DNA of 42,389 nt from Paraglomus brasilianum (Eukaryota), in assembly GCA_910592345.1 (NCBI GenBank), contig CAJVPI010000210.1, positions 1 through 42,389 on the forward strand, in the 5' to 3' direction. The notes beneath the pieces are model-generated. The model saw only the letters and a list, made by a program, of their open reading frames with translations, did not search any database and was not told the DNA's origin. Of this stretch, positions 1-13,120 are shown in pieces (position 1 is the first letter of the stretch; each line of letters begins with the position of its first letter). A program made the translations under genes and the position numbers.

Positions 1-1239
1 CTGACTTTTATATCAAAAAGTTTGTTACGTAGACAGAGAAACAATTCTAGCAACTGTCTTGCTTGCTATGGACAAAAGTATTTGTTCAGAGTAAATGCGA
101 TACTCGTTTATTAACAATAATATATACATTATAAGGAATATATCGATCTAAATTCACTAGCGAACGTGAAATATAACGCACATAACACACCGACTCTAGG
201 TGAAATTCCTCCTGTTTATATATCTTTCGATCGTTCTAATTGAGCTATTTTTAGTCGCTATTTCTCTGGTATACGATTATTCGTACCACTGTTACCGATT
301 TCCGCAGCTTGCGCTGGTGTAACTGCCGATTGAAATGTTGCTGCGGCATCGTCAGAGGAACGCAGAAATAGAGGAAAAAATACGTCACTAATTTCGGCGC
401 ATCGCAGATTCCCCCCCTTAATTTCTGCGATTTTGTCTTTGCAAAGCAATGACTACAAATTTTGTAAACGAATCATGTTAGTGGAATTGCTGATCACGAG
501 CTAAATTTCGATTCCTAATTCATTAACTGATAGTTGGTTCATTAACCGTAATATTTTGCCCAACATGAATCTTGTTTTGCGTTCGACTTTATAGCACCTT
601 TGGTACTTGCTCCGCTAATGAAGCTACGAATTAATTACTTTAGAATGAAATCCTTTTTTCTCACAGGTTCGAAAAAAGATATATAGCCATCTAAGTAAAG
701 ATATATAATTAACTGTAATCGAGTGATGGAGTCACGAGAAGGCGGGAACCAATGCCGTGATCACATAGAATAAACCAGATATAATCCATGCTAAGAAAAG
801 GCATACGTATGAGATGTGCAAGAAACTAAGCTAATTCATCTTTGTTTTGTGAAATTAAGATACATTGATCGCCTTTACTGTGAGATATAGCAGAGCTAGT
901 GTCTGAGACACAGTTTTACGAGCTACAGATATAAAAACGTGCGTTGTCTAGGGTTAAATTTGCAGGCCGTCCTTAACAAAATTATCGTCGCGCGATATAG
1001 AGCCTTGCTCATGCTTCGCATAATCAAACAATTAATCGAATAAATCAAAACGTAAATCATATTCAAATATAATTCTTACATTGTCAAAATCGAAGGTATG
1101 TAGACCCGAAGGGTCACGATTCGAAGAAGAGACAGAGTCTCGAATCTCCGATTCATCGCCTAATGGCCTGCTTCTCAATAGACTATTTGTATCTCGTTGT
1201 ATTATAAATGAACCACCAGGCTGACTGATATTATTTTAG

Positions 1240-1994
1240 ATGACGCCAACTGAATTTTTCGAAGCTCTCATAAAAATGCCATTAGAGAGTTATTTTATTT
1301 TAATCCCTCATCGTAACGTTGATATTTGGAGAAAAACTATTTATATACCTATTCATTGTCATCATATGCTTTGTTTTCTATATTTTCAAACAACAAATCG
1401 ATATGGAACCCAAATTATTAAAAGAGAAACGAAAAAACAAATCCAACAAAATCTATAATAAGATAGATGATCTTACCGAAAAAATTTCTTTGTTTTATGA
1501 AGAGTTCCAACAAAGATCATATGGAGAAGATACCCTAATTAATAATTCGAGTAATTTTTCAAGTAGTTCTCGAGGTAAGATTATTTCAACGTATAAATAA
1601 ATATCTGTTACTTTGAGAGACTCATGTAAATTAATATTTTTGTATCGTATTAGGTTCAAGACGCACTTCGTTTTCAGATCCAGTTTTTCAGAAATTTAAA
1701 AACCTTTTCGACGAGACCATGCGAGAAAACGATTATTCTAAAGCCGATATGATTGCCGAAGCTGTAAGTGATCTTAGAAAGGAGAAGAAAATAAAGGTTG
1801 TATCGAACAAGGCGGTGGAGAATTATTATAATCAAACAACGAAATCCGACGGCAGGATTATAGGAGCAATCAAATCTTGGATCGAGCTCAAGACTAAAGG
1901 AAAAAATAAATCTACATTCAACGATAATAATAATATTAATGAAGTTAGTGGCGATGATACCGATGATAGAATAAATTATAATAACAATAAATAG
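1240..1994 (+). pseudogene. Two-exon small hypothetical gene with an N-terminal hydrophobic segment and an apparent frameshift near 1305-1315 (pseudogene or assembly indel)
   Basis: ATG 1240 (MTPTEFFEALIKMPLESYFILIP) shifts into the 1319 frame (hydrophobic LFIYLFIVIICFVFYIF). Intron 1575-1653 (G|GTAAGA...TATTAG) joins that frame in phase to the 1719..1994 ORF (...SRGSRRTSFSDPVFQKFKNLFDETMRENDY...). Confidence 0.5.
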
Positions 1995-2668
1995 CTTTTC
2001 AACCTGGTAGAGCCAAAGTAAAGGGACGTATAATAATGGTCTAGGGCCGTACGTTCTCTCCCTTGCAACTCTACCGTAAGAAAACAATATTGTTTATTAT
2101 TATCCATGTATCTTTATTTTAGCCGTGATAGCTTCGCTATTTTGCTTAATTAAATCATTAAATAAAATGAATCATTCGAATTATTATTACAGTGTAATGG
2201 GTCTTTGACCCTATTTTTTAAAACATATCAATCGAAATTATTTTTTTCTTGGCAAAAATGATCGGCGTTCCGAAAAAGAACGCACTAGTAATTTTATTAG
2301 TTCAAACTTTTGAATATCAAATAAACCTCTCAAAAACCGCGATTAAAGAAAATATCGATATTCTTCAAAACAGTGTACAACGAATAATTGAAATCATTGT
2401 GGGTTTGTTAAAAGACAGGATAACGGCAAGTAACGAACCCAGCAGTGTGAAGGTGATCGGCAAGTCTGATCGTGACATTTTGTCACCTTTTTTTTTTTTT
2501 AGAATTTTACAAATTCTCAATTCATTATTCCGTTTCAAGTGCACAAAATTTTCGTAAACATGTCGACTTCTGCTCACGTAACCAACGGCAAGTTTACTTT
2601 CTTAGCACGTCTATTTGAAACTCTGTGATTTCTAAAGTTCCTTTTTATACTGTTAGAAATCTCGTTAG

Positions 2669-4135
2669 ATGATCCTGATTCTTTACTTTGGACCGCGAGT
2701 GGACACTGTTAAATTTTCTGTTATATCGACAAAAAAGTTCTGATTTCTGTGCCGAAAAACCTGAGGAACACAACCGATATACTCGTAGCCTTGCTAGTAT
2801 ACTCAGCCACGAACAAGCATCCCCGGAATTGACTAAACTGGCTGGCGACGCGCTTAATTTGTTACAAGTTAAGTATTACTTTTTGATGTGTTTTGTTGGC
2901 AGCGGATGGGTCCGAAATGGCAATAGCCTTTTTGAATGGGGTTGCGACCTGCGTTCAACCACCCAACATCCTTGATTGCGATTGGGGATGGTTAGTTGCG
3001 ACTCGGGTAGTTCCGTCCTGCCGAAATATGCTCAACCACCTAACATTCCTGATTGCGATTGGGAATGCTTGGGTTGCGACTCAGGTGGTTGTTCCTGACG
3101 AAATGTGTTTAACCACCCAACATTACTGATTGCGATTGGGAATGCTTGAGTTGCGACTCGGGTGGATGTTTACACATTTTTTCATTAAAATCTATCACTT
3201 CTGATTGTAATTGGGAGCTTGTGAGTTGAGACTCGGGTGATTCCGTTTCTTACAAATTTGATTTATTTTTTTATTAATAGAAGGAAAAAAAGTCAAAATC
3301 GATTGATAACTTCTGGAAGACGGTTACGTTAGCGCAAGAGAAGAAAGTGGCAAATGAAATCGAACGTTCAGTTTTGTTGGTATGAGATACGTATGTATTA
3401 CGGCAATATAACAAGGTACACAGCAAACGTGAACGTTAACCTGTCTACTATAACAGAATAAACCCGCTACATCCGCTATATACTCAACCCTTCAACGTGA
3501 TAGGCAAGAAAGTTTGGTTCGAAAAAAAAAACACAGAAGCGATTAATAACGAACAAAATTTAGGTGAAAAGCGAGTTGAGGTAGGTTTCTATAAATGATC
3601 GATTGTATGAAACATCTTTCTAACTTGTTTTTTTTATGACCTCTTTAGGAAGAACATACGAGAAGGTATAGTCTAAGAGAACGAGAAGAAATTGATTATG
3701 CCGAAATTTCCGATTCAGATATTTCGGATCCATATCATGAACGGATGTTCCGTCCCACAAACTGGACAACCCGGAATGGAAATCCTCCAGTTATATCACC
3801 ATACAGGCCAATTATAACGAAAGCAACATATGATCAGATTTCAACACATATAATTTGCACCTTCAACACAACAATACATCTTGTTAAGGAAACAACAGAA
3901 AGTACTTTATATGAAAAAATCGAAAACTTCTCAAGATGAAAAACAAATCAATTTTAAAGAGGCCAATAACTGAAAAACTTTATGCAATTTTCCGCGAAGA
4001 ATCGAGATTTCTTTTTTTTTTTCATAAGGCACACCTTACTAGACTTGGTTGCAATGTTCAAGTATCTGTCACCCAAGGTTCTGGTTCGGGATATGTCTGA
4101 AAGATCATATATTGTTGAATGTCTTTCACCCATAC
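2669..4135 (+). pseudogene. Degraded multi-exon hypothetical gene, truncated at its 3' end
   Basis: Exon 1 DREWTLLNFLLYRQK...LNLLQ; phase-0 intron 2868-3280 (GTTAAG...AATAG); exon 2 KEKKSKSIDNFWKTV... Later fragments end at DMSERSYIVECLSPIL (~4135), where unrelated sequence begins. Frameshift after ATG 2669 and internal stops. Confidence 0.45.
2930..3242. repeat. Intronic ~77-bp tandem repeat, about 4 copies
   Basis: AACCACC(C/T)AACAT..TGATTGCGATTGGG.ATG.TT..GTTGCGACTC.GGT.G.T starts at 2957, 3034 and 3111, with a degenerate copy near 3200 and a partial one before 2957. Confidence 0.9.
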
Positions 4136-4148
4136 TAATAGTAATAGG

Positions 4149-4412
4149 TCATCTCTGTAGTTCACTCCACTGATCACTGCATTGCTTTTCTAAGGCCTTG
4201 GCTACTTCCAGGTCAGTTGCATCCATTGACCTTAGGTCTATGAAGAAGGAGTTCTTCTCCTTCGTCGCTGGAATCCTCCTGGTTGGATACATTGGAGGAG
4301 TTTTCAGGTTGCAGGTGGTCTTAGCAAAGACCAATGGAGTTTTAACCCCACCAGTGGCCTCTGCATAAGACTGCTTCTTCTTGGCCTTGGGTTTGGCCTT
4401 TTTCTTGGCCAT
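4149..4412 (-). mobile_element. Probable 5' fragment of a retroelement ORF1/gag-like gene
   Basis: MAKKKAKPKAKKKQSYAEATGG...SFFIDL: a Lys-rich N-terminus plus the SYAxA motif often seen at non-LTR ORF1 starts. Higher GC than the flanks, with an abrupt junction to the upstream pseudogene. Confidence 0.35.
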
Positions 4413-4566
4413 TTACTCTATCTAGCTGTACCAAAAGACAATTCTTTTATTATTGGCTGTGTTTGAAAAACTGGTAGAGGGAAAAGAGTAAAAAGATCAT
4501 TGAACATTAGTTAGACTATAACTTTAGTCCCAATTATTATGTACACTTTTGAGCAATTAATAAAGT

Positions 4567-4597
4567 TAGGGTGACCAATACTTTTGTTCAGGTAGTG
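4567..4597 (-). mobile_element. Solo Tc1-like terminal inverted repeat with flanking TA
   Basis: The minus strand reads TA|CACTACCTGAACAAAAGTATTGGTCACCCTA, resembling Tc1-family termini (CACTACC..CAAAAGT.TTGG). No partner TIR was seen. Confidence 0.5.
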
Positions 4598-7492
4598 TAC
4601 ATGTTTTAAAATATGTAATAAAATTAGTCTTTAATACTTATCACGTTATATATATTTAAAATGTTCACAAAGTTTTCAGATATGTATTTGGATAATTATA
4701 TACTCAAATATATATCAGTGTATCGTGAACAGTTTTGCAATAAAAAACGCGTATGCATGTTATGACGAAACGTATTTATTAACAAGTTGTTTGTTGCATC
4801 AATTAAAGAATGACTTTGACTATATAATTTTTTTAATGTTTTCAAATTTCAATTCTTAAATTTAATTTTATAATGTATAACTTGGCTTTTGTAATGTATT
4901 AATATGACAGACTTTTTAATCATCATACCTTACTCCATCCAATTATCATAAAGTATTCACAAGTGGTATGAAATTTTGTGTTCTGTTATTTGTGAAACTT
5001 TAAAATTCTGTCCAGGTTGTTATGTATCGAGAATTAGCAGTCTAACGTGTTTGAACGAATAATCATACTATTATGAGGCAAACTTACATGAGTAGAATGT
5101 ATTATGAGATATCCGCATGCTTGAAGCCCCAATTTAACTTGCAGCAAACCGCATCTTAAATAAAGCTATAATTGTAATATCTCTGAAAGCATAAATATTG
5201 TTCCTAATTTAACCCAAAGGCTTCTATTGTGTTGTACGTGTAATTTATATGCCTTTTGCTTTATGCTGATTGGGATGGCATTGCTGACTACATAATGTAT
5301 ATAATTACCCTCACTTTATATTTCTGATATTTAACAATTACTTATGTTGGGCACTTCACCCTCTGGCGCCTTGCCACTTTAGATTCTCATATCGGAAGTT
5401 TCCACAAATCAGTTGACGTTATCTACATAATAGCATTTATCTAACGTACCTAAGCCCAACGTCCTAAAACGTTAGTAAACTGTGATTGCCTAGATCTGGA
5501 ATTTTTATTTTAAAGTACGTTATTTATCTAAACAATTTATTCTTTTGCCTCTTTTTTCTTTCGTTGCCTGACTGTCTCTAGATTTCAAGTGATATTCTTC
5601 TCCTCAAATTACTCTAATGCTAGGGATGACACAAAAATAAGGGTCTCGCCTACAATTATATACAGAGTTTCCGGATGTAGGGCACAGCCAAAACATATTT
5701 TTTGACAACAAGATGGAGGAAACCAATTATATGTTATACTGAGAATAACAAACTAAATTTCGTTATTTTTCGTTATTTGTATTGTATTAGTAGAGACTTA
5801 ATTATCAAGATTATCAAGATTATCAATACTAATGTTATTATTAGATAGAAGTTAACTTGTTTTGCTGAGGCAAAAGTCTTCCAAGCTTTCATATTTAAAA
5901 ACGTAATCTTGACCAACGTTATTTTTGATTCTGGATCAGTTAAAGTTAATTCAACCAAATCAATAGCACAAGCATTTCAATCTCGAGTAAAGTGAGACTG
6001 TTTAATAACAACTGGAATATCTCTATGTTCTTTTCGGAATAGGAGCTACATAAGATCGATATAGAGTTAAAACAATAAAATTGTAGCCTGTGCACGAACG
6101 CGTGAAACTCAAAGTATCGTACATAGTCACATAATTGGGAGGGAAGTTGCAAAGCTAATGTAATAAATTTGTGGCAGTGAATTTCCATTCAAAATTTAAA
6201 TCTGAAAAGCGTATGGTATAGCAATAATAAGACTGTTTCAAAGAAAAGCATGTGTTGGTAATTGAATTGATACCCACTTAATGTTGGCGTAGACAATGCA
6301 ATCTCTTTATTCCCAGGAACATGCGTATTAAAGAGTTGGACAATTTTCAGTATACTAATTGCAGTAAACTATTACTGTAGCGATACTAGAATAAAGCTAA
6401 ATTATGGTTGCAGTTAAGTAAGATATGAGTTTCCCTTGCTATTTGTTAACCTTATATTAGCTTCATTCTGTATAGCATTATCCCGTTATCTCCGTGGAAA
6501 AAAAAACCTGAAAGATCTTTTTGTAACCTTCCAAAAGTGGTAACGCGTATATACTGCATATTAACAATAGTAATTGTGATAACGATTCTTATGAAGAAGT
6601 TCGTCGAAGTATACCAAAGAGGGGATATAGCAGATATATACGTGGTTTCATCGTGAAAGATGTTGAAATGTGAACTTTAAAAGTCTAATAAGGTGACCTA
6701 GTTTAGTACAGAACGTATGTAAGTACCAGCATTCAAGAAAGATTGTGTTACTTGATTATTATTAATCATGTATGACTAAATACACACACCAATTAATTCG
6801 TCTTTCTGTATGCAGTGCAACATGAGAAAAAATTAGTAGACATTTATAAAAGCTCTTTCGAATTCAAAGTTTCGTTGACGGTTATTACTTTTCTTCTTCT
6901 ATGTTTAACGTCCTAATGGCCTGTCTAATAACAACTGGAGACAATACTTTCGAACCAAATTAATTTTCACAAAGCACGGTAATTCCGACACGTTTAATAG
7001 GAAGCATGTTGCTCGGTCTCGTGACTAAACTTATCACGTGAACAATACGGTTAGTTGCCTGAACGTTCTTGCCGCATCAATGTTAATGTATCTGGGATTT
7101 GTACTGTTGATCGCCCGGTGAAACGTCCATTCGATGGATTCCAGTTTAAGGTAGAAATCATCAGTGATCCTCTTGAGTGTCCCTTCCGTTTCAATTTAGA
7201 TTGCATGTTACTGGTATGGCTGGAAAACGTCTAATGCAAATTTCAATGATACCTGGCGTTTCGACCTTCTGATCAGATAACAAACTCCTTTCAGAAATCA
7301 CGCGGGTCAAAATCATGAAGACGGTAATATGATTCTCAATAAAGGATGACTGGAGATTAAACAAGGTACCATGAGAAATATTATTTTAAAGAGCCAACGT
7401 TTATTCACAATTAAATAATAATAATAATAATAATAAAGAAGACACAATCGGAAACATATTTTGTATTCTGGCCCGGCTACTCATTTAGTAAA

Positions 7493-8470
7493 CTAAAAAA
7501 GATCAGCGAGAGGTTCAGAAAATTCGGAATGATCAAGCTCCAAACCTTTCACGTAACCATCAAAACTATCTTGTTCAGCGGTTGCAGTTGCGAGATTAGG
7601 AGGGGCAGCATTTTCGCCGGTAGGAAGGTCCAGACCCTCCACAAAATTTCTGCCTCCCTCGTAATGTTGTTGTCCAGTTGACGCCGGAAAGGGATTTGCA
7701 TATTCGTAGACTGGCGGTGCAGTTGTGAGAGTCGATGAGTCAGCAACTTCGTCAGTATGAAACTCCGGATACGGACCAAGAATATTATTCTGCTCATGAT
7801 GTTGGTTAGTTGATGCCGCAAGACTATTCGGACTCGTAGCAAGATAGGCAATATTTGCAATCGTGGGAGCTGTGCGAAATTCAGGATGTCCTTGCAACAA
7901 CAGCCTTATTGAGTTATTGCCTGGGTTCATTCCATCAACGCTGGTAGTTAGCGGCATGCGTACCATAGCGAGGCCAAAACGACTATTGCCCACATATAGC
8001 TGACCACCGTTGTCGCATTCTCTGCTGTCGGGTGGCTTGTAGCCAATACTTTCTAGCCATTGAGAAATCTCTTCTCTTGACGGCATGCTGGTGTGCACGA
8101 ACTTGGCAATTTCCGCCAACAGTTCATAAAATCTCTTATGATGTGGCTCCAATACGCTCCACTCGTCCGAGGCGTTTTCGGTATTCCGGACAACTGTGCG
8201 TTTCCCGTTCACATTACGTTGTTCGAGGTGACTTGCAAGCTTACTTTTCGCTATCTTCGCGCAATAATTCCGATAGAACAGTATCCATGGGTTCGGTGGC
8301 TTTGGCAGTTTCCCGTCTTTCTTTAGCCTTTTTTTATTTTTTGATTGTTTTGTAGGACGATTTATCAATCCCTCAAGGTTCATGAAAAGACTACCGCCAT
8401 GTTGACGTAGATACTCCCGCATAAAACGGATGTCTTCATGAGATAGCACCTCTTTCAAACTAAAACACAT
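7493..8470 (-). CDS. HMG-box protein 1 (divergent MATA-HMG-like), 325 aa
   Basis: KLPKPPNPWILFYRNY...ASDEWSVLEPHHKRFYELLAEIAKFVH matches HMG helices 1-3. Long helix1-2 loop, atypical tail, acidic C-terminus, single exon. TATAAA on the minus strand at 8611-8616. Confidence 0.85.
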   Translation of the reverse strand: MCFSLKEVLSHEDIRFMREYLRQHGGSLFMNLEGLINRPTKQSKNKKRLKKDGKLPKPPNPWILFYRNYCAKIAKSKLASHLEQRNVNGKRTVVRNTENASDEWSVLEPHHKRFYELLAEIAKFVHTSMPSREEISQWLESIGYKPPDSRECDNGGQLYVGNSRFGLAMVRMPLTTSVDGMNPGNNSIRLLLQGHPEFRTAPTIANIAYLATSPNSLAASTNQHHEQNNILGPYPEFHTDEVADSSTLTTAPPVYEYANPFPASTGQQHYEGGRNFVEGLDLPTGENAAPPNLATATAEQDSFDGYVKGLELDHSEFSEPLADLF

Positions 8471-9235
8471 CTTGTCGAAAGATCAAAGTTGAGCAACTCA
8501 AAATACTGGTTTAAGTGTGCATGCCCGTATCGTACAAATCCCTTCTGTCTTTCATATTGTGATACATAAGTTGTGTACAACTTTGTCGTCTCTCGTATGA
8601 TACATATTCTTTTATAATGGCACGGTATTATATGGATCGCTGCTGGATTTTTTTAGTCTGCTCTTTCAAATTGAGGAGAAACGCGTATATTCGCTCTCGA
8701 GAAAGCAACCATTATAGCGAGGAAGTGGTCGCTTTGGGATTGCATATTCAGGAACTAAAGTCGTTTGAAGTGTAACCAAAATAGACGCATTTCATCGTAC
8801 AGTGAAACGTTTGTCGGCCAAATCCCATGAGAAACTGGCATGTAGATATAGTGATTCAGCTGTAGCTGTTATTGCAACTTATTGCAACTAATTCAACCTT
8901 TTTACGCTGACTTTTTCCACTATCTTTGTAAGTGAATTTAATGACCAATAAAACTCGATTTGCAACGTGACACATCACATGCAATCTTATCTAATACACC
9001 ATTGTCAACATTCGCTTGCGGGAGAACGTGTTAGTCAAGATTTATGACGCGAGGAAGATTTAGACTTTTGTTCTGACGGTTATTATACGAACTTGTCAAC
9101 GATTTCTTCGCAACTGTACTTTAATACCGGGATTAAATGAGGACGTGAATTAGAACAGTAAGTCTAACTTATTGTTATTGTTCAAGTAACCTGCACCCAG
9201 TCAACAGGTAGGTGATGATGGTTCCCCTTTAATTG

Positions 9236-9640
9236 CTTTTTTCTGCTGATAAGACTGGTGGCAGCTTCTCTGATCTGGTAGCATTCATCATCGTAATTCA
9301 TGCTTTTAATAATGTACCCCACTAATAGAGAAACACGACGGTTTATTTAGTGGAGATTTGTCGCAGTTAAAGATGTTTCCTAGTGGCCAGTCCACTGTAA
9401 TTTGTTGCAGCTTTAAATGCTCTTGTTGATCTCTCCCTGAGAAAGACCCCGCTTTAGATGTGATGAGATTCATGTTGTTTTGAAGCCAACCAACAAGCCT
9501 TAGATGTCTTGAAATCTGCAATTTCAAGTCGTTTGGCGGACTTAATGGGCTCGTTCAGCATGTAAATATCTTGATTTCTGAGGAAGATACACTCAAACCA
9601 GATTGTCATAGCTTCTTCGAGCTTAAGCCACTTTTCTTTG
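9236..9640 (-). mobile_element. pogo/Tigger-type transposase relic (CENP-B HTH plus start of DDE domain)
   Basis: Minus-strand translation gives EKWLKLEEAMTIWF...AKRLEIADFKTSKACWL (CENP-B HTH), then WPLGNIFNCDKSPL (IFNxDETGL motif) and NATRSEKLPPVL (NAxGxEKLPPL motif), with stops and frameshifts. Confidence 0.75.
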
Positions 9641-12145
9641 TTAATTGTCCTGCTGGATCACTTCTCTAATAATTGTCTTTCTCATGCCAACATACTGCTC
9701 CACAGGCAAATATTCTTGACAAATTTCCTTTTAAGCCGGAGGATTCTTTTCTTTTCTTTTTTTGATGTAGAAGAGCAGAAAGATTACGGGTGAAGCTAAA
9801 AAAGTTTCATCATTATTAATACTAAATTGAAGGTTGCCATTAGCCAATCAACCTTTATCAGTATCCTCTTCCTTAATCCTCCTAATGAAACGACGACGCT
9901 CATCTTTTACGAATAAAGCATTTTGTAATTGTTTAATCTTTCCATCTTTTATTATCGGAGGAGTATCTTTTCCTCTGCCTAACGCCTTTTCCATTTAGAC
10001 GGAATGTTAGAGATTATACATACAGAGCAACATCTATCGACTCGGTCAATCCAAAACTGCAATAAAACCAGGGAGATGACTAGCTGTCAAAACTCAAGTC
10101 CTGATCTGTGACCATTGAACGACCCTCTGGATATTCAAGAACTATTTAAACGGTTGCGTACACGGCCGGTTCAGATTACGCTACGTTTTAACGATTCACT
10201 AGGTTCCTGCTATAGTAAATCTCTGGATGATGAAACTGGCACAATATAAGACTTCCATGGATAATGCATATTTTTATCTACACCGAGTTTACAGCGTCGG
10301 TTCCCGCTACGAAAAAATCACAAACAACTTAGTCTTGTGGGAGATTATCTTTTGCGTATAATTCTCATAACGTCTCCGATATGAAACTTGGTTTAAAACG
10401 ATTTTCCTGAGAATGTTAATGGTAATAAGAACATCTAGCTCCACCAAGCAAAACGGATTGTCAAATCCCATCAAGCGTAAAAGATATGTTCTACTCAGAG
10501 ATTGTCAAGAAAAAAACGCCTTAACTTTTGAGCTTGTATGATAGTTCATTATGAGCTAGTGCATACTTTTGTCTTATTCAAACCCTCGGGATCTTAGCAT
10601 TCGAAGTTCTTCAGGTTTCGAAATCCATATCCAGCGATAGAACAACATCAAAAGGTTACCAGACTTCCAAGGACTAAACTGACCGCTTTTGATAAATCAA
10701 AGCAATATTAAAAACTTGGTCTGAACTTACCCTATTTCTAACGTGGCTTGTAAAAGTTTTATTGGCTGGACCAAGAGTAAATAATATAAAGATTGTCCGT
10801 GCCGTTATCATTCACGTCTGATTCAGTAGGCGCCCCCCGGGACATACTTCGCTGATCTCATCATCTTCTAAGGTAATCATTCGTAGTCTCCAAGAAACGT
10901 ATCTGGAATAAGATATTCGTTAACGGATTGTTCCTTGTTGATCGAATTGCCATTTCTTCTTGCCAGGGGAGGGTAGGGTTAATATGCACTCAAACGTTCC
11001 GAAGGCAAGGCGTTTTACGCTCTCAACCAAAACGCTGAAAGCGTTTAATTACATATTCTGTAACTAAACGGTTACGCTACATGTTAAGGCAATTTTCGGC
11101 TTGCATAAAGCCGGATTCTAAAATCTCAATTCGCGTAATATGCGATCTGATATACTCTTCCCATTGATATTCATCAAACTTCTACTACAGTATTATTTTG
11201 GCACGCCTCTGTATTCTAATATTCACGGTATAGCATTAAAATGTATCGATTTCGTCCTTCGGAAACCTTATCAAGTTTTGTAAGACGACAAAAGCTTATC
11301 CTTACGGATCTGTTCGTTTCAAAAGTGTTATACGCGGTCATGTGATAAATTGAGCTGTCAACGTTACGTAATAATTACCCCCCAACCCCCAACTAACAGT
11401 GGCATCAAGAATTTTGCTACGTAATTACCACACCCTCATTCTTGGATTTCGAAGGAAAAAAGTTGCTTTTGTTGTGCGTATTGACAAAATCAAGACCGGT
11501 TGTCTGTCACCAACATCGCCAATTGTTCATCGACAGAGGATAGTCTCGACGAAACCGATGCTCACAGTTTTGTCTTTGAACACAGGCGTTTTCTTGTTTT
11601 GAAAGTTGGGGGGTTTTAGTAAATTTAGGTCACCTAGGACAACTGTTCTGTAGCGCGAAACTCTATTTATCGATCGTGTGAGTATCGGCATATTAATATG
11701 TCACTGCCTTTCATTGAAGGATGCTTGTGTACAGTATATTTGTACTACGTCCATTGTATCTGCTTACTGTCAAGTCATGGCGACTTGATGGTCATATGAA
11801 CAATGCATGTTGAATGATCAATCGGTCAATCGGTCAATCAGAAAACACCAGTCACCAGTGCGTTAACTAAAAAAGCACATTGCAGCAAATCACATAACGA
11901 TATATTTATTATTATGTCGCATATTAATATCATATTAAGACATGCCATATTTTGTAATACATTTTTCTGAGCTTAATATGGATGCATTATTAATTATGTG
12001 CACGTGAAAGGAAAGTGACACATATTTTTTGCTTATTAGCATATTGATCAAATATAGAGAAAAGAGAAATAGATTGAAGGTCATTAATATGCGAATAAAC
12101 GCATAAGTGTTGAAGAACATTCAAACAATACGAATATATTGTGAA

Positions 12146-12498
12146 CTATAGATGTCGATCCCAAGTAATTTGGTCGATACCATCTGAACTATATGCATAC
12201 AAGTTATTATCAATATGGTAAAACTCGATCCAAAAGTTATTATTATAATACAAGTCGTTATCCGTATTTTGGTGCGTATTCAACGGAAGATTATCAACGA
12301 CGTTATTATTATGAGGAATATAATAATAACTGTTGATCGCTATATTATTACAATGATCAGCGTATGAGTAATCAGTGACGACGCTACTGTTCAAGTTCTT
12401 GTTGTTGTCATATTGCGGGTTGTAATACTGTTTGTCAACAGCCATGATTTCCTTGTTTTCATATTGCGAGTTTTGCTCACCAACGCTTTCATCAGCAT

Positions 12499-12543
<45 letters not shown>

Positions 12544-13120
12544 CGCAACTGCAACTTTCGTTTACGACATCTCCATTTTCGCTGTCCGCTTCCGCTTTGT
12601 CGTTTTTATTCTTTACAAATGCGTCTCTATTCACTTCTCTAAACAGCCAGGTTTGATTTTTTTCATCCTGCTTGGTTTTTCTCGGTTGGTACAAGTAATT
12701 AGGATAGGTAGCTCTATGTCGTTGTAGAGCCAATTTAGCAAGCGTAGCAAAATATTCTTTGACAGTATTCGACTGAATGTTCCAATTATCTCTAGCCAAC
12801 GTGGAAATTTTCTGCATTGTCCACGGCTTGTCGGGATTTTGTGCACGATATTCGTTTGCGAAACTTTTACGAAATAAGATCCATGCGTTTGGCGCACGGG
12901 GAGGATTTTTTTTGGTTCGGCTGTTTTGTTGCTGCCGTGTTGAACAGAGGAGATCTTCGAGAGAAATTTTGAGATCGTAAGGTGGGTTGAACACGAGACT
13001 GCGTTCGCGTGGGGTTAGAGTATCGATAAAATCAAAGATGGAAAGTTTTGGGGAAATTACAGAAGAAGAGGGACGGGTGTAATTTTGTGGTGCTGGCTTG
13101 ATTGAACGAAAGATAGACAT
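12146..13120 (-). CDS. HMG-box protein 2 (MATA-HMG-like) with poly-Asn tract
   Basis: PPRAPNAWILFRKSF...ISTLARDNW...YFATLAKLALQRHRATYPNYLYQPRK. The first ATG is at 13120 (the ORF track starts at TTG 13126). TATATAAA on the minus strand at 13169-13176. Confidence 0.93.
12500..12543. repeat. (GTT/AAC)n microsatellite encoding poly-Asn in HMG2
   Basis: Uninterrupted TTG/GTT run, translated as the Asn homopolymer in the minus-strand ORF. Confidence 0.95.

Noticed and set aside
5340..6188. Minus-strand coding-like fragments (5773..5958, 5946..6188)
   Set aside because: Possibly a decayed gene, but no recognisable motif or consistent exon chain.
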